A stretch of DNA of 64,000 bases, taken from the NCBI GenBank assembly GCA_963753345.1, contig CAVWBU010000041.1, positions 192,001 to 256,000 on the forward strand. The letters run 5' to 3'. The notes beneath the pieces were generated by a model, which was not told the DNA's origin, did not search any database, and saw only the letters and a program-made list of their open reading frames with translations. The stretch's first letter is position 1. Each line of letters begins with the position of its first letter. This document shows, one piece after another, positions 56,813 through 64,000 of the stretch. This DNA comes from an uncultured Fibrobacterota bacterium (GTDB taxonomy: Bacteria > Fibrobacterota > Chitinivibrionia > Chitinivibrionales > FEN-1185). Position numbers and translations under genes: made by a program.

Positions 56813-58168
56813 ATGACAAACACATCACCAAAACAAACCCTCGGCGGCGTGGACATCGGCTCCCCGATTCTTCGTCAAGCACTTGTCTACAGCCTCTGCG
56901 ACGGCATGTTCGCCTCGGTGATGACCGCCCTTGCCGAAACGTTTTCGGTGGCCGCGGCCGTGCGCCTGCAGGCGCCCGCAATGACCATTGCGCTGCTGGG
57001 CAGCGGGCCGCTTCTGGTGGGCTCGGTTGGTCAATTCCTTTTGCCGCTGTTTCTTGACAAAAGGCATTCGCGCAAACACTATGTGGTCGCCAGCGTGCGC
57101 GTTCAGGCGATGTTTCTGATACTGGCGGGCCTCACGGGCTGGCTCCCCCCACCGCTCAACGCCTGGGCCTACGTATTCGCCTTTGTGCTCTACGGCTCGT
57201 CGGGAAACCTCTTTGCAGGGATCTGGACATCGTGGCTGCGCGACTGCGTCCCGCCCGCGGTTCGCGGAAGGCATTTCGCCTGGAGAAACAGGTTCTTCGC
57301 GCTCACGCAATTGCTGTGCGCGATAACCGTCGGCGTGCTATCGCGCAAATACAGCTCCCAGAACGCGCCCTGGATGTTCTTTACGGTAATCTTTTTCGTC
57401 GGGAGCCTTTTCCGGTTCGGTTCGGCGCAGTTTCTGTCGATGCAATACGAGCCGAACCCGTCCTGCCTGCCGGACAGATCCCAGGTGTTCGGCTTCAGGC
57501 CTTCAAAGAACTTCCTGTGGTTCTGTGCCTCGGTCGCGCTTTTACAGGGGACCACGGCCATTGCAGGGCCGTTCTTCAACGTGTGGTTTCTCCGCGACCT
57601 CAGGTTCGATTACCTGACCTTCACCATAGGGACTGCGTCCATGATCGTCGGGACCATCGCGTTCCTGCCGGTCTGGGGCAGGCTTGTCGACGCGGTAGGA
57701 ACGTCGCGCGTGCTGCGGATAACCGCGCTCATGTGCGCGTTTGTGCCCGTTCCGTATCTGTTCGGCTCCACCCCGCTCGTGGTGTGGCTGTCCAACTTCT
57801 ATTCGGGCATTTCGTGGGGCGGGTTCAACATTGCAAATGTCAACTACCTGCTGCACATGACCGAAAAGGACAAATCGGACCACTACATCGGATTCGCGGC
57901 GGCCGTCACCGCGGTATCGATGTTCGTGTTCAGCCTGCTTGGCGGCTTTCTTTCCACCAGGCTCCCCCTTCTGTTCAGCTATGGGCTTCAGACGCTCTTC
58001 TTCGTTTCCTTTGCGGCGCGGCTTGTGGTGGTCCTGTTCTTCTTCAGGAAGTTCCGCCAGCCCCAGATGAGAGTGGAGGCGGGCGCAGTCGAACTTGTCA
58101 ATGAGGCGGGCTGGTACAGACTGGGAATGGAAATCATACGGCAGGTGTTCAGGCCGGTGGGGAAATAG
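56813..58168 (+). CDS. MFS transporter
   Basis: About 12 hydrophobic segments; PPAVRGRHFAWR; WGRLVDAVG. Confidence 0.88.
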   Translation: MTNTSPKQTLGGVDIGSPILRQALVYSLCDGMFASVMTALAETFSVAAAVRLQAPAMTIALLGSGPLLVGSVGQFLLPLFLDKRHSRKHYVVASVRVQAMFLILAGLTGWLPPPLNAWAYVFAFVLYGSSGNLFAGIWTSWLRDCVPPAVRGRHFAWRNRFFALTQLLCAITVGVLSRKYSSQNAPWMFFTVIFFVGSLFRFGSAQFLSMQYEPNPSCLPDRSQVFGFRPSKNFLWFCASVALLQGTTAIAGPFFNVWFLRDLRFDYLTFTIGTASMIVGTIAFLPVWGRLVDAVGTSRVLRITALMCAFVPVPYLFGSTPLVVWLSNFYSGISWGGFNIANVNYLLHMTEKDKSDHYIGFAAAVTAVSMFVFSLLGGFLSTRLPLLFSYGLQTLFFVSFAARLVVVLFFFRKFRQPQMRVEAGAVELVNEAGWYRLGMEIIRQVFRPVGK

Positions 58169-58171
58169 GTT

Positions 58172-58663
58172 ATGCCTTGGTATCTCCGCATCCTGGTCGG
58201 CACGTCGCCGCGGCGAACGCTCGTTCGCACGGCAATCGTTGCCGTTGTCGCCTTTGTCCTTTTCCGGTACTTCTTCATCCCCATTCACCTGGCGGGCGCA
58301 AGCATGGAACCTGCGTTTAAGGACGGGTCGGTGAACATCGTCAACACGTTCAGCTACAGGTTCCGGCCGCCAAGCCGGGGTGACGTGGCAGCGATAAGAT
58401 TGGCTGGCACCCGGGTGATGCTCTTCAAGCGGATCGTAGGGCTGCCGGGCGAGCGCATCGGGTTTCGCAACGGGGTCCTTATTGTCAACGGCCGCGAATG
58501 GCCGGAGCCCTATGTCGTATACCGCGAGAAGTGGAACATGCCGGAGGTGACGGTGGGCAGCGGAGAGTATTTTGTCGTCGGCGACAATCGCGGCACCGAT
58601 ATTTCGGGCCACGCGCTGGGAAGGGTTGACAAACGCAGGATCGTGGGAGGGCCGCTGTTTTGA
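58172..58663 (+). CDS. lepB: Signal peptidase I
   Basis: GASMEP (Ser), FKRIVGLPGE (Lys), YFVVGDNR. Confidence 0.88.
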   Translation: MPWYLRILVGTSPRRTLVRTAIVAVVAFVLFRYFFIPIHLAGASMEPAFKDGSVNIVNTFSYRFRPPSRGDVAAIRLAGTRVMLFKRIVGLPGERIGFRNGVLIVNGREWPEPYVVYREKWNMPEVTVGSGEYFVVGDNRGTDISGHALGRVDKRRIVGGPLF

Positions 58664-59169
58664 GAATACCGGGAAAGGCAGTTGCTGTTGTCGTCCTGAT
58701 GGCGGCCGCGGCCGTGGTGGTGTGGCTCGTGACCCAGGACTGGGACCAGCGCCGCATCCGTAAGAACCTCGACCGCCTGGCCGCAGCCGCGTACAAGCCG
58801 CGGGGCGCGGCTATCGAAGGCATGGACCTTTTCAAGCGCGTCGCAATCATCCAATCGCTTTTCACCACGGACTGCGTGATTTCCGCGGGCGAGCCTGCTC
58901 CGGAGATGAAAGGAACGGACGAGCTGTGCGCGCTATTCGCACAGGGAATCAAGACGGTTAAGGAGCTCAAGATCCTCTTCAAGGACGTATCGGTGACCGT
59001 GGCGCCCGATCATCTAAGCGCAACAGCCGCCATGACCGTGGAAGCGATCGGCGAGGACTTTTCGGAAGGCAATAGAAAATTCGACGCGAGAGAAGTCGAG
59101 GTGGCCTGGAAAAAAAATGAAGGCAAGTGGAAAATAGCGGGGGTGAAGGAGGTGCAGACACTTCATTAA
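58660..59169 (+). CDS. Membrane-anchored NTF2/SnoaL-like protein
   Basis: N-terminal TM helix; C-terminal WKKNEGKWKI typical of NTF2-like folds. Confidence 0.6.
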   Translation: MRIPGKAVAVVVLMAAAAVVVWLVTQDWDQRRIRKNLDRLAAAAYKPRGAAIEGMDLFKRVAIIQSLFTTDCVISAGEPAPEMKGTDELCALFAQGIKTVKELKILFKDVSVTVAPDHLSATAAMTVEAIGEDFSEGNRKFDAREVEVAWKKNEGKWKIAGVKEVQTLH

Positions 59170-59212
59170 GATTGAAAAAGTTTGCCGCGAGTGAAGAGTA
59201 CGGAGACTTGGA

Positions 59213-59752
59213 CTATGATGAAAGTAGTTGCCTGTTAGCAGTTAGGATATTCAAGTTTGTGGATGAAAAATCTGAATCATCTGTTATCAGTGTAAGATTA
59301 TTTTCCCCACATATGCTTTCGATCACTTGGTCATTAAAGTCGGTTGTTCCGGTCTCCATATGTTGGAGCATGCTGTCAATATCTAGTGTGAGGAATTTTG
59401 ACTCCACTCGTGTGCAATAGGCAAGTATGCTGTTTACTGCTTGCCTTAAATCCACCACAACCGAAGTAAAAGTGGGAGTCCTTCTGAACTCCTTGAAACC
59501 AATATTTCTGTTACCGGTTTGCACCTGTTCAAGTTTTGCGTATCGATATACAAATTCAGACAGTACAATCAAGTCTATGTATACGGCACAGCTCATGTTG
59601 CACATATTGCGCCATGCGGCCGAGTAAATACGTGTTCTTCGAGGTGTGGCTGGTGATGGACCATACACAAGTAGCCATATGTTTGCATCAAGAAAAATGC
59701 GCTCGTTTGCTAAAAAAGTATAAGTTTCTATGTCCTGTACGTTTCTACTCAT
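59213..59752 (-). CDS. PIN-domain ribonuclease
   Basis: IFLDANIW, VLSEF, DFNDQVI, LITDDSDF acidic tetrad. Confidence 0.88.
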   Translation of the reverse strand: MSRNVQDIETYTFLANERIFLDANIWLLVYGPSPATPRRTRIYSAAWRNMCNMSCAVYIDLIVLSEFVYRYAKLEQVQTGNRNIGFKEFRRTPTFTSVVVDLRQAVNSILAYCTRVESKFLTLDIDSMLQHMETGTTDFNDQVIESICGENNLTLITDDSDFSSTNLNILTANRQLLSS

Positions 59753-60101
59753 CACTACCCAACTCCTGTTTCGCAGCTTCCTGATAGCGTTGTGGATTTT
59801 TGAAGAAATCCTTTGCCCTATCCACTACCCTCTTGAGGATGATAAGGTCTTCCGGTTTAGCATCAATTGGAGGAAGCATAGTCTCCTTTAATCTCTCTTC
59901 ACTAAAAGTCCCATAGAGTTGCCCAACGGCACTATTAAGGAAGGATGATGTAAGGTCCCTTACTCCATCAAATGAAAGGCGGACTTTGTCACCTTTGTCA
60001 AGAGCGGTTTTTATCCGTGTGTAGACTACCTCACCGTCCTTGGCAGACACACATAGGCCGTCCTTTATGTCGAATGCGATTTTAACGACTTCTTCGTTCA
60101 T
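59745..60101 (-). CDS. Stand-alone STAS-like (DUF4325-like) protein
   Basis: VRLSFDGVRDLTSSFLNSAVGQLY; overlaps the PIN start by 8 nt. Confidence 0.8.
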   Translation of the reverse strand: MNEEVVKIAFDIKDGLCVSAKDGEVVYTRIKTALDKGDKVRLSFDGVRDLTSSFLNSAVGQLYGTFSEERLKETMLPPIDAKPEDLIILKRVVDRAKDFFKNPQRYQEAAKQELGSDE

Positions 60102-60130
60102 ACAGGGTGATTCTCCTTCTGATACTGATG

Positions 60131-61030
60131 CTAAAATATACTATTCGGGTCAACTTCCTCCGCAAGGCAATACGACCTCTTGTCAGCTGTATTTATTTCT
60201 ATATTGACTATAGTACCCGGGAAACTCTTGCAGAGCGTTCTAAGCGACTCCTTGTTGTCATGAAAGCACCAGTATCCAGAATCGGAAACAATAAGGATTT
60301 TGCCGCCATTGAGCGTAATGAATTCTTTGATTAGCTTAAGCCCCAATCCACCAGGCCTTCCTTCTGTTGTTTTCTTAGTAGTATTATTCTCTTGGAGCGT
60401 CCACCTTATGGCTTCCTTGGATGTAAGATCAAGCCCCAATTCATTGAATATGTTCTTACGCATACCAATTCCGAGGTCAACAATCGAGAAATCCAAACGG
60501 TTCTGCTTGGGAAAATACTGTCCGCAAGCAAAGATGCCCCTTTCACCTGTAGACGAATGGTCCACCGCATTCTGATATAGTTCGGCGATGCTTTCCCTGA
60601 ATTTCTTATGGAGGGCCTCACTCATGTTTGGTATCCCTTTGCCCACAAAATGCTTAGCAATATACTCTCTAAATACCTCCGTCTTACCAATTTCAAATCT
60701 CTGATATTCAATGGTAGTTCCTTCCAAATCTTTCTCTCTTGGTACGTCAAAACCAAAATTGGTAAGAAAACCATTAATTGATAGCTCGTTTCGTAAACCG
60801 TGCCTCATTTTGAAAAGCCTGATATTTCCGCGACCTACAAAATGGAAAAGAATGGCGCCAAAGGGAGCACACATGTTCGCATCCATCCAATCCACTCCAG
60901 CCATATTAATCTCTAGCGTGCCATCATGGCGCGCTTGTACAGTGTGGTATAGCTTAATGATCCGTTCAAAGCCTTTCAAATCCGTGTAGATGGATCGTAT
61001 TGAGATTTTCATATTGGGATCTTTAACCAA
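60131..61030 (-). CDS. GHKL/HATPase_c ATP-binding protein (anti-sigma kinase-like) with STAS-like N-terminus
   Basis: N box ELYQNAVDH, G1 DLGIG, G2 GGLGL, G3 PGT; no HisKA helix. Start is 61030 (TTG) or 61012 (ATG). Confidence 0.8.
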   Translation of the reverse strand: MVKDPNMKISIRSIYTDLKGFERIIKLYHTVQARHDGTLEINMAGVDWMDANMCAPFGAILFHFVGRGNIRLFKMRHGLRNELSINGFLTNFGFDVPREKDLEGTTIEYQRFEIGKTEVFREYIAKHFVGKGIPNMSEALHKKFRESIAELYQNAVDHSSTGERGIFACGQYFPKQNRLDFSIVDLGIGMRKNIFNELGLDLTSKEAIRWTLQENNTTKKTTEGRPGGLGLKLIKEFITLNGGKILIVSDSGYWCFHDNKESLRTLCKSFPGTIVNIEINTADKRSYCLAEEVDPNSIF

Positions 61031-61249
61031 AAGCCTAATTTGGTATATCGGCCAACCGGTTAAGAGAAAGTAGAAATTGGAGTTGTTGCGCTCAGGCTAA
61101 TGGGATTTTTTGCGCGCCATGGCAGTATGTATATTCAAGAAACTCAAATTCGTCGCATTCAGGGCAATAATATAGTATTTCTGCGTTGGTTGTTTGCTTT
61201 TTTCCATTCGGAAATACCTACAGGCGATTCACATAATCGAGGTAATGTG

Positions 61250-61573
61250 GTGGCTACCAATTTAGAAATCGGAATGGCTGGCGAAAAAGCTGTTGTCGAC
61301 TACCTAAGAGATGCGAAAGGGTTTTCCAATATTATTTGGGATACCACACAGTCTGGCGCATCAGACATAGAGGCTGTGGGAAGCAAAGTTCGGCTCCTCA
61401 TCCAGGTAAAGACAAGCGTTCACCCGGACAAACCTGTGCAACTAAGCAGTGAAGAACTAAGTGCAATAATATCCCGCGCATCTGCGAAAGTAGCACAGGC
61501 ATGGGAGGCCAGAGTTGTGCTGGATCGCAATCTAAAACCCAAGGGTGACGTTGAGTGGAGAAGGCTCTCGTAG
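61250..61573 (+). CDS. Small PD-(D/E)XK nuclease (Hjc/YraN/Mrr-like)
   Basis: GMAGEKAVVDYL..GF..SDIEA..LLIQVK; likely GTG start after GAGGT. Confidence 0.7.
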   Translation: MATNLEIGMAGEKAVVDYLRDAKGFSNIIWDTTQSGASDIEAVGSKVRLLIQVKTSVHPDKPVQLSSEELSAIISRASAKVAQAWEARVVLDRNLKPKGDVEWRRLS

Positions 61574-61603
61574 ACCGATGGGCGTTTTCTTTCTTAACTC
61601 AGC

Positions 61604-62959
61604 CTACGCTTTCGTTCCCAGCCCGACGCCGCAGTAAACGGCCACTTTCGCGCGGAATGCCGCGTCGTAAATCCTGCGTCCGTCGATGATGACGGAACGC
61701 TTCATGAGCCTGTTGAACGTTTCCGCGCCCAGTTTCTTGAACTCATCCCATTCCGTGACCACGATACAGCAATCGGCCCCTTTGAGGCATTCCTCCGTGC
61801 TTGACGCATAGGAAATCCTTATCGTGTCCTTGATGAACTTCTTCTTGGCATTGGGAATGGCCACCGGATCATAGGCGACGACATCAGCATCTTCGGAAAA
61901 GAGATGGTTTGCTATCTTGACGGCAGGCGACTCTCTCATGTCATCGGTTCCCGGCTTGAAGGAAAGTCCGAGCAGGGCGATCCGCTTCCCCTTGAGGTCA
62001 CCGAGCGCCTTGCGCGCGAGGCTGACAACATGAGTTGCCTGCTCGATATTGACTTCCTCAACAGTCTCAAGAATGGCGGGTTCGATCTGCCTCAGTTGGG
62101 CGAAGGAGATGAGCGCCTTCACGTCCTTGGGGAAACAGGAACCGCCGTAGCCGGCCCCGGCGTTGAGAAAGACCGGATTGATGCGCCAGTCCGCGCCGAT
62201 GCCCTTGACGACTTCGTAAATGTCGATTCCCGGAATGGTCTCCGCAATCCTGGCCATCTCATTGATATATGAGATATTCATGGCCAGAAACGTGTTGCGG
62301 CCGTACTTGACCATCTCCGCGCTTTCCAGGTTCATCCGGAGCACGGGCACCTTCTGGCCCTTGTACAGTTCATTCGCGAATTCCTCCAGGAAATCTCCGG
62401 ACCTTGTGTCGAACTCACCGACAACCACGCTGTCGGGTTGAGAGGTGTCCTTAACCGCCGCTCCCTGTCGCAGGAACTCTGGACTCATGCAGACGCCGAA
62501 GTCCTTTCCCGCTTTTTTTCCGGAATGTTCTTCAAGAAGGGGAATGATGACATTGCGAGTCGTGCCCGGGACTATGGTACTGCGGGCAACGATAACGGAG
62601 TATTTGTCCTTTTTCTTCAGGGCCTTCCCTATTGCAATTGCGGTGTCCCTGACAAGGCTCAAATCCGCTTCTCCGCTCACCAGGCTTGGCGTGCCAACGG
62701 CGATGAAGCAGATATCGGCATTCAGGACCGCCTCCTCCCGACCGTGCACCGCCCTGAGCGTGCCTTTCTTCACCGTCCTGGCAATGATAGGCTCAAGATC
62801 ATTCTCAAAGAAGGGCGCTTTGCCCGCATTGATGGTGTCGACTTTTTCCTTGTCCTGGCTCGACGTAAGGACTTTGAAATCCCTGTCCGCGAATACCGCC
62901 GCCGCGACCAGTCCCACATACCCGGTTCCCAGGATCGCGATGCATTTTCCCTTTGCCAT
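61604..62959 (-). CDS. ugd: UDP-glucose 6-dehydrogenase
   Basis: GTGYVG, AVGTP, PEFLRQG, GYGGSCFPKD, FKPGTDDMRESP, IDGR. Confidence 0.95.
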   Translation of the reverse strand: MAKGKCIAILGTGYVGLVAAAVFADRDFKVLTSSQDKEKVDTINAGKAPFFENDLEPIIARTVKKGTLRAVHGREEAVLNADICFIAVGTPSLVSGEADLSLVRDTAIAIGKALKKKDKYSVIVARSTIVPGTTRNVIIPLLEEHSGKKAGKDFGVCMSPEFLRQGAAVKDTSQPDSVVVGEFDTRSGDFLEEFANELYKGQKVPVLRMNLESAEMVKYGRNTFLAMNISYINEMARIAETIPGIDIYEVVKGIGADWRINPVFLNAGAGYGGSCFPKDVKALISFAQLRQIEPAILETVEEVNIEQATHVVSLARKALGDLKGKRIALLGLSFKPGTDDMRESPAVKIANHLFSEDADVVAYDPVAIPNAKKKFIKDTIRISYASSTEECLKGADCCIVVTEWDEFKKLGAETFNRLMKRSVIIDGRRIYDAAFRAKVAVYCGVGLGTKA

Positions 62960-63098
62960 GACGAAGCTCCTTTGCAGATATGGAATGATAACACCAAGAA
63001 ATTTCTGATTCAGGCCGAAGAAAGATCTTGACTGATAGGCATTATTATTTTCGGAAGCGGGCGGAAGTGTTCGGTATTGGCTGATTTCAAGACTAGAT

Positions 63099-63128
63099 AA
63101 TATAGGTGTCTTGGCGCGTCATTGTCAA
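63099..63128 (-). promoter_or_regulatory. Putative sigma70 promoter for ugd
   Basis: TTGACA-18 bp-TATATT. Confidence 0.5.
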
Positions 63129-63233
63129 ATTCGGGAAAAGCGGGCAAGGTCAGCGCCGGCTATCAAGAGCGCGAAGCGCCATACCTTTGCATTGGGAAGT
63201 GAAACGACAAAGCGCGAAGGTCGCAAGGCCACC

Positions 63234-64000
63234 CTACCTCACCAGAAAAAACGGCACGACGGTCCGTTGTTCGCCATGCTTCACCTGCGCAAAAAATATC
63301 CCCGTAAAAGCCGCGTCGTGCCACACGGCAGCGTTGTTCACAACAGGCAATTGCGCAACCGACCTTCCCCGCACGTCCACAATTTCCAGGAGAGCCGTTT
63401 CACCAGAGACGGAAAATGTCACCCGGGCGGCACGGGCACAGGCGGTCAGCCTCGACGGCGACCTCCGGGAGGGCGGCGCCGCAAAAGTGGCGTTCATCGG
63501 CCTTTGGCGGCAGTTGACAAAAAGGTTGAACGTGACCGTGTCCGCACCGCCGCTGTCGGAAACGAGGCACGCGACACGGAACACATACGCCGAATCGGCG
63601 GCAGGCGTCCACGAGAGCGTGCCGCTCGGGCCCAAGGCCATGCCGGAGGGAATTGACACGGGCGAGAACGCACGGCCGAGGGTGTCGCCGCGGACCGGAA
63701 GCCTGAAGACGAAAAGAGAGTCTTTCTTTGCATACTTGTCGTCGACAATGCAACGGAATTCGCCGCCGCCGGCCCTCACCCGGGCAGCGAGGTAATTGCC
63801 GCTGCCGTCCGGCGCAATCGCGACAGCGCTGAACCCGGAATCGCCTTGAGGAATCGTCCAGTTCGTGTCTCCCGCGGAATTGATTTTTGCGATCACGCCG
63901 CCCGCAGCGATACATCCGTTGTCCGCCGTTTGCACCATTGAAAACGGGCCTGCGGCCCGGCCGCAGGTCTTTGTCCAGAGCGTGTCGCCGCCGGCGCCGA
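63234..64000 (-). CDS. Partial secreted protein: propeller-like repeats, Ig-like domain, T9SS-like C-terminal domain
   Basis: Frame is open to the window edge; GDTLWT/GDTNWT repeats; PSGMAL..GTLSWTP; LEIVDVRGRSV..GIFF. Confidence 0.7.
   Translation of the reverse strand, partial: GAGGDTLWTKTCGRAAGPFSMVQTADNGCIAAGGVIAKINSAGDTNWTIPQGDSGFSAVAIAPDGSGNYLAARVRAGGGEFRCIVDDKYAKKDSLFVFRLPVRGDTLGRAFSPVSIPSGMALGPSGTLSWTPAADSAYVFRVACLVSDSGGADTVTFNLFVNCRQRPMNATFAAPPSRRSPSRLTACARAARVTFSVSGETALLEIVDVRGRSVAQLPVVNNAAVWHDAAFTGIFFAQVKHGEQRTVVPFFLVR

Noticed and set aside
59170-61603. Target-site duplication or att sites bounding the kinase-STAS-PIN islet
   Set aside because: No convincing direct repeat seen by eye and no integrase or transposase nearby.

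Overview
Bacterial chromosome segment, tentatively Fibrobacterota/FCB-like (inferred from protein style and a T9SS-like C-terminal domain, not proven). The core (6.9-39.2 kb, minus strand) is one continuous translation/transcription super-cluster: tRNA-Thr/Tyr/Gly/Thr, tuf, rpmG, tRNA-Trp, secE-nusG-rplKAJL-rpoBC-rpsLG-fusA, the S10-spc-alpha operons and fba. Housekeeping genes (clpP, cysS, purM, XPB helicase, purA, pdxA, cyclophilin, cvpA, pilD, lepB, ugd) lie to its right. There are two AT-richer accessory islets. The first (1-5.7 kb, behind tRNA-His) has a three-gene toxin / extended MqsA-like antitoxin / beta-sandwich module with an apparently frameshifted toxin, plus a RelE-HigA-like pair. 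The second (59.2-61.6 kb) has a GHKL kinase-STAS-PIN nuclease operon and a divergent small PD-(D/E)XK nuclease; this is the best candidate for an undescribed phosphorylation-switched toxin/defence system. Other oddities are a divergent str-operon EF-G, an EF-Tu with a rebuilt switch I, many UUG/GUG starts, and three families of intergenic palindromic repeats. Two repeat families sit on stop codons and one shows clear base-pair covariation.
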